Positions 1 through 8,758 of a stretch of DNA of 64,000 nt are shown here, piece after piece. Made by a program: the position numbers and the translations under genes. The notes beneath the pieces are model-generated. The model was not told the origin of the DNA, did no database searches, and saw only the letters and a list, made by a program, of their open reading frames with translations. The first letter of the stretch is position 1. Each line of letters begins with the position of its first letter. Source of the DNA: a virus; IMG/VR virus record IMGVR_UViG_3300020595_003017, positions 1 to 64,000 of that record; one strand, 5' to 3'.

Positions 1-1
1 T

Positions 2-100
2 GATTACCGTGACCCGCCCCGAAAGCCACTCAAAATGGACAAAGGACGCCGAGCCCCAAGCAAGGCAGAACTTGATAGGATGAAGGACTACGACATCTAA
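2..100 (+). CDS. 3' end of a gene truncated by the window start (...DYRDPPRKPLKMDKGRRAPSKAELDRMKDYDI*)
   Basis: Open frame to TAA at 98-100, abutting the ATG at 102 in the same TAAaATG arrangement as the following genes. Confidence 0.55.
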   Translation, partial: DYRDPPRKPLKMDKGRRAPSKAELDRMKDYDI

Positions 101-101
101 A

Positions 102-377
102 ATGAAAATCACCAAGTCTCAACTACAGCAAGTTATCAGAGAAGCCGTACAAGAAGAGTACGAGTCTGGCGCTGCAAGGGCAGACAGAGAATTCTATCTA
201 GATAGAATGGGACGGTCAGCCGAGTACCTTGACAGAGCCAATACGGAAAAACTCCAAACTATGCTTTACAAACTTGAAGATGATTTTTTGCCTTTCCTTA
301 TGAATACGGAAGAGGTAGAAATCGGCGAGGCTGCTAATCAACTTTACAAACTCCTCAAAGCCAGAGTAGAAGGATAG
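102..377 (+). CDS. Small acidic protein with MKITKSQL leader (putative internal head protein)
   Basis: ORF track; N-terminus MKITKSQLQQVIREAVQEE shared with neighbouring genes. Confidence 0.7.
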   Translation: MKITKSQLQQVIREAVQEEYESGAARADREFYLDRMGRSAEYLDRANTEKLQTMLYKLEDDFLPFLMNTEEVEIGEAANQLYKLLKARVEG

Positions 378-381
378 TAAA

Positions 382-555
382 ATGAAAATCACAAAATCAC
401 AACTACGAGAAATCATCAAAGAAGAGATGGATGACGAACTCGGCTTTGCGACCGGCGAACGAGTTTTAGAATTTTTATTCAACCAGTTTGGGGTGAGAGA
501 AGAAGCAGCACCAGACTTTTTACGATTTGTCGCCAACCGCTTAGAAGGCAAATAA
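382..555 (+). CDS. 57-aa protein with MKITKSQL leader (not in ORF track)
   Basis: Read by hand: MKITKSQLREIIKEEMDDELGFATGERVLEFLFNQFGVREEAAPDFLRFVANRLEGK*; exactly fills the gap between 377 and 557. Confidence 0.75.
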   Translation: MKITKSQLREIIKEEMDDELGFATGERVLEFLFNQFGVREEAAPDFLRFVANRLEGK

Positions 556-556
556 A

Positions 557-1159
557 ATGAAAATCACAAAATCCCAACTAAGACAACTTATTAAAGAAGA
601 AGTGATGAATGAAATTGGTCAGGTTTCCGATATGGATATTGACATGGAAGATCTTGCTTTAGTTTATGACGAAGAGTTTGGTCCAGATTATGTTATTGGC
701 ATAATGGCTAGCGAGTTTCCAGCCCTTGACAAAAATGAAGCCGCATTTGAAAAGGCTCTAGGGATGTTTAAAGAAGCTGCTCGACGAGGTGAGGAAGATT
801 ATCCTCTTAACTTTTTGGCAAAACGTTTCGCTGAGCTTATGAATAAAATGGGCGGGATCGAAGAAGCGTTGCCTCCTCACCTACAGAAGCATTTTCGTAA
901 GGATGGCTCTTCGGTTCATGGACCCGAAATCAAAGATGTCACCCCTGCTGGCTATGGACCAGAAGATCCTAAAGAAGCGATGCTTCGTCAAATTGTTTCA
1001 GACAAACAAAGAGGCAAGGTAGAAGGCGTAATGGTTGATTTGTTTACTGCTTCCGCTATTGTGTCTGTCTTGGATGCTATTAACGATGCTAACAAGGATA
1101 AACTCTTGGCGTTGCCTGTTGACCGAATGGCCGACATCGCATTCAAAATGATGAAATAA
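557..1159 (+). CDS. Acidic protein with MKITKSQL leader (putative internal head protein)
   Basis: N-terminus MKITKSQLRQLIKEEVMNE; modular segments separated by IEE/LxE sites. Confidence 0.7.
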   Translation: MKITKSQLRQLIKEEVMNEIGQVSDMDIDMEDLALVYDEEFGPDYVIGIMASEFPALDKNEAAFEKALGMFKEAARRGEEDYPLNFLAKRFAELMNKMGGIEEALPPHLQKHFRKDGSSVHGPEIKDVTPAGYGPEDPKEAMLRQIVSDKQRGKVEGVMVDLFTASAIVSVLDAINDANKDKLLALPVDRMADIAFKMMK

Positions 1160-1160
1160 A

Positions 1161-1751
1161 ATGAAAATTACCATAGAAGAAATCCGTGAGATGGTGAAGC
1201 AACAAATAGAAGAGCGTTGCCAAAAGGGCTACAAGACCCACGAAAAGCGGAAGACCAAAAAGATGTTCGGCAAGCAGTATAGGAACTGCGTCAAGGCAGA
1301 ATCTAATGTGAAAGAGGCTCAATTTGGTCGCTTTACAGGTGGGGCAGCCCCGCTAGACCCTGACCCTGTGGACAGCGGTCCAGTTCCTTTGGGACAACTA
1401 AAACAATTGTTTGATATCCTAGTTGATATGGGAAAGCCCGTAGAAGATATTTTAGCGATGCCCGAGTTCGTTGAGGTTGGTGTCACCAGCCCGGAGCAAC
1501 TGGGCGAGGCTAATTTGAAAGAACGTGCCGCCATCCCTATGGAAGATATTGTGCGGGCAGAAGACATTATTAAACGCTACCTTGAAGAAATGTTTGACGA
1601 GATAGGCAGAGAAGACCTGTCTCAAAATTTCTCAACAGAAATACTTGTTGAGCCAATTATACAAAAATATGTCAATAGTCGGCGTGCTCAAAGAAACCCT
1701 CGTTTCAATAAGTTGACCGGTCGTATGAGCCGCAGGTCCGTAAAACCCTAA
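1161..1751 (+). CDS. Protein with MKITIEEIREMVK leader and a short C..KGY...NCVK motif
   Basis: Leader variant; ERCQKGYKTHEKRKTKKMFGKQYRNCVKAE segment resembles short Cys-flanked basic modules of T4-like phage hypothetical proteins. Confidence 0.65.
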   Translation: MKITIEEIREMVKQQIEERCQKGYKTHEKRKTKKMFGKQYRNCVKAESNVKEAQFGRFTGGAAPLDPDPVDSGPVPLGQLKQLFDILVDMGKPVEDILAMPEFVEVGVTSPEQLGEANLKERAAIPMEDIVRAEDIIKRYLEEMFDEIGREDLSQNFSTEILVEPIIQKYVNSRRAQRNPRFNKLTGRMSRRSVKP

Positions 1752-1768
1752 ACACCCCAAACAACATC

Positions 1769-1777
1769 TGGTACAAT
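1769..1777 (+). promoter_or_regulatory. Possible extended -10 promoter (TGgTACAAT) upstream of sbcDC
   Basis: TGnTACAAT in the 1752-1805 gap, followed by an AAGGAG SD; -35 weak. Confidence 0.45.
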
Positions 1778-1805
1778 AAGACACGCTTACAGAAGGAGTG
1801 CGCCT

Positions 1806-4800
1806 ATGGTGCGGATAGCACATTTCGGGGATACCCACATCAAAAATCTGAAATACCATTACGAGTATCGTAAAGCATTTGAGGAAATTTACCAGACTCT
1901 GCGAGAGCAGGATGTAGACTACATCGTCCATACTGGCGACTTGGCTCACACAAAGACACAACTCTCACCCGAGTACTTTGAACTGGCCACAGACTTCCTA
2001 AAGAACTTGGCAGACATCGCCGAGACCCATATCATTCTTGGCAACCATGACGGCAACCTGCGGAACAGCAGTCGCCAAGATGCCATCACTCCAATTGTTG
2101 ATGCCCTTGACCATGCAAGCCTGATGCTTCACAAGTATTCGGGCGAAGTTCAATTAGAGGATGACCTGACTATTAACGTTTTATCAATCTTTGACGAGAC
2201 CAATTGGCAAGACCCAACTGATCCAGAGGCTATCAACATTGCCCTTTACCACGGAGCAATTAATAATAGTAAAACCGACATGGGTTGGATTATGGATCAT
2301 GGCGACCACGACATCAAAGTATTTGATAAGTTTGATTACGCTATGTTGGGTGACATCCACAAGACCAATCAGATGCTCAACGAAAGTGGCACCATCCGCT
2401 ATTGTGGCTCTACTATCCAGCAAAATCACGGCGAGACAAACGACAAGGGCTTTTTGATTTGGGATATTAAAAGCAAGACTGAGTTTGATGTCAAGCATCA
2501 TCTTGTAAAGAATATTAAACCTTTTACGACAATTGAGTTGACTTCCAAAGGGAACATGCCTAGAGACCTAGACATCCCAGAAGGAGCACGACTTCGTGTG
2601 GTAACTCACTACAAAGTTTCACTAGACAAGATCCGTCGGGTTATGGATATTGCTAAGAGCAAGTACAAACCTGAGAGCCTATCTTTTGTCAACAAGGCTG
2701 GACTTAAGCGTTCCAGCGTGGATGTTGATGGATTGGGCAGCACAGAGAACTTGCGGGACCAACAAGTCCAAGAGCGACTTATCCGGGAATACTTAAAAGA
2801 ATATGAACCCGACGACAAGACCCTAGAAAGAGTTTTCCAACTCAACTCACGCTACGATGCTCGGGTCAACGGCGAGGATGCCTCTCTGCGAAACGTGGAA
2901 TGGTCCCTTAAAAGTATGCAATGGGACAACCTCTTCAACTACGGAGAAAACAACACCATCAACTTTGAGAAGCTGAACGGCGTTGTGGGTGTCTTTGGCA
3001 AGAACTATTCAGGCAAGAGTTCTGTAATTGATAGTGCGTTATATACGATTTACAACTCTATTAGCAAGAACAATCGCAAGAACCTGAACATCATCAACCA
3101 GAATAAGCAGGCTGGCTGCGGTCGTGTTGAAATTGATATTGACGGCAAGGCCTACATCATTGAGAGAAAGTCGGAGAAGTATAAAAAGAAACTTCATGGC
3201 GAAGAAACCGACGAAGCAAAAACCGATGTAGAGTTTTCAATGATTGACCCAGCAACAGGTGAAGAGACGAGTCTTAACTCGCTTGACCGCAACGGCACCG
3301 ACAAAGAGATCCGTAAAATCTTCGGAACCATTGATGACTTCTTACTTACGAGCATGTCCAGCCAGATGGGTGCGATGACTTTCATCAACGAGGGTTCAAC
3401 CAAGCGCAAGGAAATCTTAGCCAAGTTCTTGGACCTTGACCAGTTTGAGAAGAAGTTCCGAGCCTCCAAGAATGATAGCATTGAGACCCGTGCTCTTCTC
3501 AAAAAACTGGAAGATAATACTTTTGATGAAGATATTACGCAACTCGTCGGACAAATGTCCGATAATGAAAAGGACCGAGAAACGCAAGAAAGGAAATGTA
3601 AGAAACTAACTAACCAGTTAGAAACCATTTCCGAGCGAGTAAAAGAGATTGATGGACTTTTCGCATCTGCCCCTGTTGAGCTTATTAATATTAGAAAAGA
3701 GACAGCAAGACTTGCGGCAGCAGAGCAAAAATCCTCAGACCTCCATCTCAAATCAGCCCAGACCAAAAAGCAAAAGAAAGATGTTCTGGCGCAAGCTGAA
3801 GTCTTAAAGAAACTTTTAGATGCTACTGATGTTGATTCACTCCGAACCCAAATTTCTCGTTGTGACGAATTACAAAAAGACCTCACAACTATTGAGAACC
3901 AGATTAAGCTGGAAGAAAACAATAGAAGCACTTACGAGAAGAAGCTCAGTGCTCTTGATGAAGTACCTTGCGGTCCTGACTGTGGTCTCCGCAAATATAT
4001 CAAAGATGCTTATGAAGCTAAAGAACTTCTCCAAGAGGTAAAGAAGACTCTCACTCTTTTGAAGCGCCGTCATGACAAACTCACCGACAAGTTGGAAGAG
4101 ATGGATGTGGAAACGCTGGAGAAAGAAAAGAAACTTTATAAAGATAGGGACAAGGAATATGCTGACCTGTCTACAGAGGGCACTAACCTTGATTTGCTTT
4201 TGGCGCAAACCACAAACAAACTTCACCTCCTTACAAATGAGGTGGCAAGCATCAAAACCAAGATTGAAGTTTACGAACTCAACAAGGAAGCAATCGAGAA
4301 CCGAGAAGGTCTCATCAAGGAGCAGGACGACCTAAAAGAAAATGCCATCAAGATGGAGAGTAATATCGCCATTTGCGATTCTAAAGTACTTGCTCTTGTC
4401 AAACAACATGGCGGTATTGAAACCCAGATTGCAAACATCAAAGAGAAGCAGCAAGAACTGGAAGACCTGCGGACGGAGTATGCTGCCTATGATTTGTTTA
4501 TGCGGTGTACTCACCCCAACGGTATCAGTTATGATGTGGTGAAGCGGATGCTTCCTCTCATCAACGAAGAGGTTAGCACGGTGCTGGCCAACGTCACCGA
4601 CTTTGATATTTTCTTTGAGGCAGAAAAGAATAAGTTAGACATCTTCATCAAGCATCCAAAGTACGAAGCACGACCTTTAGAGATGGCTTCTGGCGCAGAG
4701 AAGACGCTGGCAGCAATTGCCATTCGCATTGCCCTGACCAATGTGTCAACACTACCAAAATCAGACATTATGATTATGGATGAGCCGGGCACAGCGTTGG

Positions 4801-4958
4801 ACGCCGAAAACCTTGAAGGCTTTATGCGAGTGATGGAAATGATTAAGGGCTACTACAAGACTGTGCTTTTGATTACTCACTTGGATAGTCTCAAAGATAT
4901 TGCCGATATGACTATTGACATTGAACGTCAAGATGGGTATGCTTATGTCTCCCAGTAA
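1806..4958 (+). CDS. sbcCD: Fused SbcD-SbcC (Mre11/Rad50; T4 gp47+gp46-like) recombination nuclease/ATPase
   Basis: Metallophosphoesterase motifs HFGDTH, HTGDLAH, GNHD, YHG, GDIH; Walker A GKNYSGKSS; long coiled coil with central CGPDC hook-like motif; signature ASGAE; Walker B MIMDEP. Confidence 0.92.
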   Translation: MVRIAHFGDTHIKNLKYHYEYRKAFEEIYQTLREQDVDYIVHTGDLAHTKTQLSPEYFELATDFLKNLADIAETHIILGNHDGNLRNSSRQDAITPIVDALDHASLMLHKYSGEVQLEDDLTINVLSIFDETNWQDPTDPEAINIALYHGAINNSKTDMGWIMDHGDHDIKVFDKFDYAMLGDIHKTNQMLNESGTIRYCGSTIQQNHGETNDKGFLIWDIKSKTEFDVKHHLVKNIKPFTTIELTSKGNMPRDLDIPEGARLRVVTHYKVSLDKIRRVMDIAKSKYKPESLSFVNKAGLKRSSVDVDGLGSTENLRDQQVQERLIREYLKEYEPDDKTLERVFQLNSRYDARVNGEDASLRNVEWSLKSMQWDNLFNYGENNTINFEKLNGVVGVFGKNYSGKSSVIDSALYTIYNSISKNNRKNLNIINQNKQAGCGRVEIDIDGKAYIIERKSEKYKKKLHGEETDEAKTDVEFSMIDPATGEETSLNSLDRNGTDKEIRKIFGTIDDFLLTSMSSQMGAMTFINEGSTKRKEILAKFLDLDQFEKKFRASKNDSIETRALLKKLEDNTFDEDITQLVGQMSDNEKDRETQERKCKKLTNQLETISERVKEIDGLFASAPVELINIRKETARLAAAEQKSSDLHLKSAQTKKQKKDVLAQAEVLKKLLDATDVDSLRTQISRCDELQKDLTTIENQIKLEENNRSTYEKKLSALDEVPCGPDCGLRKYIKDAYEAKELLQEVKKTLTLLKRRHDKLTDKLEEMDVETLEKEKKLYKDRDKEYADLSTEGTNLDLLLAQTTNKLHLLTNEVASIKTKIEVYELNKEAIENREGLIKEQDDLKENAIKMESNIAICDSKVLALVKQHGGIETQIANIKEKQQELEDLRTEYAAYDLFMRCTHPNGISYDVVKRMLPLINEEVSTVLANVTDFDIFFEAEKNKLDIFIKHPKYEARPLEMASGAEKTLAAIAIRIALTNVSTLPKSDIMIMDEPGTALDAENLEGFMRVMEMIKGYYKTVLLITHLDSLKDIADMTIDIERQDGYAYVSQ

Positions 4959-4971
4959 AATTTGGGAGTGG

Positions 4972-5262
4972 ATGAATAACAATATGTTCAAGACAGTTTT
5001 TGTCTTAACATTCATTTCGGACTTCTGGGCCAACTGGTATTCATATGCTATTGTTCACGACTGGATTATATTACAAGCCTTTCTCGGAGCAGTGTTGCCA
5101 TTTATTAATCTCCCAGGGGTTTTGTTTTTCATTGACCAGAAGGACTTGGGTGTGCGGTTGAAACTTTGTGGTATCGCTTCGCTTGGAATGGTGTTTGGTT
5201 CAACTATGATGTTATTGATGATACGGTCAGGGTGGGGAGTCGGTGTAGATGCAATTCCATAA
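4972..5262 (+). CDS. Small integral membrane protein
   Basis: About three hydrophobic segments; ATG at 4972 preferred over the track start at 4915. Confidence 0.6.
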   Translation: MNNNMFKTVFVLTFISDFWANWYSYAIVHDWIILQAFLGAVLPFINLPGVLFFIDQKDLGVRLKLCGIASLGMVFGSTMMLLMIRSGWGVGVDAIP

Positions 5263-5542
5263 AACCTTCTGGGAAGACGAGCAAGGAAACTTGACAACGA
5301 TACAAGAAGTCCTAGAAGAATTACAGGACGAACCAATCGTTTTGTTGAAGGTTGCGTCCCTAACTCATCTTCGCAGGAGCACTATTGAACCCGACAGAAA
5401 AGAGAAAGCAGATTTATCCTTTCCAATAATTGTGAGGGAAAAAGATAATAAGTTTGAGTGTATCCTTGATGGGAACCACAGATTACAAAAAGCGATAGAC
5501 AAAGGCGAGACACATATCTCGGCTAAAATATTGAAGGTATAA
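5249..5542 (+). CDS. ParB/Sulfiredoxin-like domain protein
   Basis: DLSFPIIV...ILDGNHRLQKA matches the ParB-N P..V...DGxHR signature. Confidence 0.7.
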   Translation: MQFHKTFWEDEQGNLTTIQEVLEELQDEPIVLLKVASLTHLRRSTIEPDRKEKADLSFPIIVREKDNKFECILDGNHRLQKAIDKGETHISAKILKV

Positions 5543-5545
5543 AAA

Positions 5546-6070
5546 TTGAGGGAACAATTAATAAAACAGATGGCTGATTATGTCATCAATGTCCTAGAAG
5601 AAAAACGACCCGAGTTCTCAGGTTTTTCTGTTTGTCCTTTTGTTAAATCTGATAGGGTTGCTGACGAGTTACATTTAGACATTTTTGATAACACAAGAGA
5701 TACTTTATTAGACGTTTTCAAAAGATTCAAACAGTCTGGGAAAAGGAGTGCCTTGGTGGCACAAATAAATGAAAACATAGAGAGCCACGAAACAGATAAA
5801 TATCAAGATTTTATTAATTGTGTTTTGCAAGAGTCCGGCAACTCCAATATAGCGGCCTTGTGTTTTAATCCTAATGATGAGCTTGAGATAGAATCCTACA
5901 ATCCCAGATCTAGAGCGCCTTGTTTTTTGATCAATATGGCATATACAAAACATCTTTCGGCGGCGCATAATTCTTTACTAAGAACAAACTATTATGATAA
6001 GATGCCAAAGAAGTACACTGACTATTTGAGAATAACGAAAAAACTTAACAAAAGTGAAAATACTAATTAG
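5546..6070 (+). CDS. Hypothetical protein, DUF1415-like
   Basis: N-terminal VCPF motif and LCFNP segment are reminiscent of DUF1415; start uncertain (TTG). Confidence 0.45.
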   Translation: MREQLIKQMADYVINVLEEKRPEFSGFSVCPFVKSDRVADELHLDIFDNTRDTLLDVFKRFKQSGKRSALVAQINENIESHETDKYQDFINCVLQESGNSNIAALCFNPNDELEIESYNPRSRAPCFLINMAYTKHLSAAHNSLLRTNYYDKMPKKYTDYLRITKKLNKSENTN

Positions 6071-6506
6071 TGCTTGTGTTTATGGTCAAGATGTAAGATG
6101 GAATGCGACTAATCGTCGTGACCAAGAAATTCAACACTGGGCTGAGTCCAACGGGTTTGAACTCGTGCCTGTGTGCCCAGAGAACGAATTATTTGGTACA
6201 CCCAGGAAAGCAATTAGGTTGCGAGCCATCGATGGGGAGATAAAAGGTTTTGCAGGAAAAGATGAGGTATACGGAAAACTAAAAGATAAATGCAAAGAAA
6301 TTTCTAATAGACACAATGATATCGTTGGTTTTATTGGCATAGCAAACTCTCCATCTTGTGGATTATCTGCTGGCGTTAAGGATCTTGGCTCGACAATCAA
6401 AGCACCTATGCATCAAGCTCTTGATTGTCCAACTACAGAGATAAGTTCCATGCGGAGCGAAAAAAACAGAGACTTATTTTTAAAGAGAATAATGAAAAAC
6501 CTATGA
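6054..6506 (+). CDS. DUF523 / TudS-like (thiouracil desulfidase family) Fe-S protein
   Basis: MKILISACVYGQDVRW, PVCPE and SPSCG are the three conserved Cys motifs of DUF523. Confidence 0.8.
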   Translation: MKILISACVYGQDVRWNATNRRDQEIQHWAESNGFELVPVCPENELFGTPRKAIRLRAIDGEIKGFAGKDEVYGKLKDKCKEISNRHNDIVGFIGIANSPSCGLSAGVKDLGSTIKAPMHQALDCPTTEISSMRSEKNRDLFLKRIMKNL

Positions 6507-6706
6507 AGCCTGGAGATCTTGTTAGGTTTAGGGAGTGTTTGTTTCATGGTACTCCCAAAGTGTACACTCCATGGAAAATTGGTTTACTATTGGAATATTT
6601 TTCGTGGACTAAAATAGCCACAATAATGCACGATGGAAAAGATTATCGCATTAGAGCATCAGACGTTCAATTACATAAGCCGTCGAAAAGGTTTAAAGAT
6701 CACTAA
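6503..6706 (+). CDS. Small MKPGDLV-family (SH3/KOW-like) protein, isolated copy
   Basis: Starts MKPGDLVRF...KIGLLL; same pattern as the array at 55.7-59.0 kb. Confidence 0.65.
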   Translation: MKPGDLVRFRECLFHGTPKVYTPWKIGLLLEYFSWTKIATIMHDGKDYRIRASDVQLHKPSKRFKDH

Positions 6707-6734
6707 TTAAAACTAAAGAGGAGGTGCTACAATA

Positions 6735-6917
6735 ATGCACGAAAAAATAGACTCATGGCTCGGTAAATGGGCTTCACGAAAACTAATAGTGTGGGGGACT
6801 TCGACCGCTTTCTTGGCGGCTGGATCATTGACAAGCAGCGACTGGGTTGCTGTATCTCTTGCCTATATTGGACTACAGGGTGCAGCCGACATCGCTGCCA
6901 AGTGGAAACACGGCTGA
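6735..6917 (+). CDS. 60-aa two-helix membrane protein (holin-like)
   Basis: Strong SD (GAGGAGG); WASRKL followed by two hydrophobic segments. Confidence 0.55.
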   Translation: MHEKIDSWLGKWASRKLIVWGTSTAFLAAGSLTSSDWVAVSLAYIGLQGAADIAAKWKHG

Positions 6918-7231
6918 TGAAATGGTTGTGGTACAAGCTAAAGTTAGGCTGGTGGAAATTTGTGTTGGGGTTTGTCGTTTTGGCAAGCCTGCTTATTTAT
7001 TTTTACCGCCTATTAAAACCATCTGATGACAAGATTGAATACTTAGAGGCCATAAAAGCGGAGGCTACAGTAGCCTTAAAAGAAAATGAGTTGCGTGGTA
7101 GACTAGAAAAAGATAAGATTGGAGCGATCAAAGGAGTCTTTGAAAGCCGTCTTGAAGATACAAAGAAAATAGATGACAGAGAAGAACGATTGAAAGCATT
7201 AATCAGACTTCACAAGGAATTGGACATTTAA
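6917..7231 (+). CDS. N-terminally anchored membrane protein with charged coiled coil (i-spanin-like)
   Basis: TGATG-coupled start at 6917; KFVLGFVVLASLLIYFY transmembrane segment followed by a heptad-like charged helix. Confidence 0.55.
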   Translation: MKWLWYKLKLGWWKFVLGFVVLASLLIYFYRLLKPSDDKIEYLEAIKAEATVALKENELRGRLEKDKIGAIKGVFESRLEDTKKIDDREERLKALIRLHKELDI

Positions 7232-7242
7232 GGAGATAAAAA

Positions 7243-8376
7243 ATGGTAGACATTCCTACACTAGATATTGAGGATTATGATCCCGAACTAAACGAAGAAG
7301 AAGAGGCTGTTGAAGATAAATCTGGCGGCGCTCTAACTTATGCTATTGTTGGCGCTGGTCAAGGCGGCGGACGTATGGCTAAGGCTTTTTATGATATGGG
7401 TTATACTAAAACTATTGCAGTCAATACTGCTCGTTCAGACTTGAATGGTCTTGATCTTCCAGATGAGCAAAAGTTTCTTGTTGACGAACATGGCGAACAG
7501 GGTGCCGGCAAAGACCAGGCAAAAGCCCAAGCAGCCATCGAGCGTAAAGAGCAAGAGGTCTTTAACAAATTCCGTGAGGTGTTTGGCACCAACGTAGATC
7601 GTATTTTGATCTGTCTTGGGGTTTCGGGCGGATCAGGCGGCGGCACTGTGAACACTCTTATTAAGGTTGCTAAGAAGTATTTTACTTACATTGGCATTGA
7701 AGATGTGGACGAACGTGTTGGCGTGGTTGCATCGCTTCCAACTGCTGGCGAGTCAGCCTCCCCGAGGGTAGCTAAGAACGCTCACGCTCGCATGACTCAA
7801 CTTTGCGGGCTAGCAGAAAAAGGACAGATTGCACCACTGATTATGGTGGACAATGAAAAGATTAAAAAGCTTTACCCTAAGCTCACAGTTAAGAAGTTCT
7901 GGACAACCATCAATAATACGGTCGCTGGCTTGTTTCATGTCTTTAACGTACTTGCAAACAAGGATTCAGAGTATACAACTTTTGATGCTACAGACTATGA
8001 TAGTATTATGCGCCAGTCTGGTTGTATGATTATGGGCGTTACCAGTGTAAAAGACATTGAGAATGAGACTGCCGTCTCAAATGCCCTTAAAAAGAACTTA
8101 GAGAAAACTCTTCTCGCTGAAGGTTTTGACTTGACAACTGCTACAGGTGCTGCTTGTATTGTTGTTGGTAGCGAAGAAATCTTTGAAGAGACTGCTGGAC
8201 TGATGGACAACATTGAGTTTGGCTTTGATACCTTGGCTGCCTTGACAGGTGGTGCAATGGTTCACCGTGGGATTTATGAGGATCCTAATAAAAGCAAACT
8301 GGTCACATATACTTTAGTCAGTGGTCTTAAGAGACCTGCTAAGCGAATTGAAGGCCTCAAAAAGTTTTTGAAATAA
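7243..8376 (+). CDS. Tubulin/FtsZ-superfamily GTPase (PhuZ/TubZ-like)
   Basis: T1 loop VGAGQGGGRM, AVNTARSD, GAGKD, T4 signature GVSGGSGGGT, PTAGE, VDNEK, T7-like TFDATDY; SD AGGAG. Confidence 0.9.
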   Translation: MVDIPTLDIEDYDPELNEEEEAVEDKSGGALTYAIVGAGQGGGRMAKAFYDMGYTKTIAVNTARSDLNGLDLPDEQKFLVDEHGEQGAGKDQAKAQAAIERKEQEVFNKFREVFGTNVDRILICLGVSGGSGGGTVNTLIKVAKKYFTYIGIEDVDERVGVVASLPTAGESASPRVAKNAHARMTQLCGLAEKGQIAPLIMVDNEKIKKLYPKLTVKKFWTTINNTVAGLFHVFNVLANKDSEYTTFDATDYDSIMRQSGCMIMGVTSVKDIENETAVSNALKKNLEKTLLAEGFDLTTATGAACIVVGSEEIFEETAGLMDNIEFGFDTLAALTGGAMVHRGIYEDPNKSKLVTYTLVSGLKRPAKRIEGLKKFLK

Positions 8377-8377
8377 T

Positions 8378-8758
8378 ATGAAAAAAATAGTTGCACTCAT
8401 ACTACTTTCTTCTCTCAACGCTGCTGCGGCAGAGGTTACGAAGTTCGAACCCCGCCCAGCAGTTGTTGAGCAAGAAGGAAGCACTTATGTTGGAATACTC
8501 CTTAGTGAAGAGGACTTCCGTAAAATGCTGGAAAAGAAAATTGAGACCATCGCCAAACTTTCAGAATGTTCGGTGGACCAAAAGGTTTGCAGCCAGATGC
8601 AAGTGACGTACATTCGTTCCATTACCAAGCTAGAAGAACAACTAAAGAAAAATAATTCTTGGTTCGACAGGAACAGAGGAACGCTTGGCATCGTCACAGG
8701 TTTAGTTATTGGGACTGGGCTATCTGTAGGTATAGTTCATGCTGTTTATCAGAAATGA
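8378..8758 (+). CDS. Exported/membrane protein: signal peptide, coiled coil, C-terminal GxxxG helix
   Basis: MKKIVALILLSSLNAAAA signal peptide; C-terminal GTLGIVTGLVIGTGLSVGIV. Confidence 0.65.
   Translation: MKKIVALILLSSLNAAAAEVTKFEPRPAVVEQEGSTYVGILLSEEDFRKMLEKKIETIAKLSECSVDQKVCSQMQVTYIRSITKLEEQLKKNNSWFDRNRGTLGIVTGLVIGTGLSVGIVHAVYQK

Noticed and set aside
3194-3931. 245-aa minus-strand ORF
   Set aside because: Antisense shadow of the SbcC coiled coil
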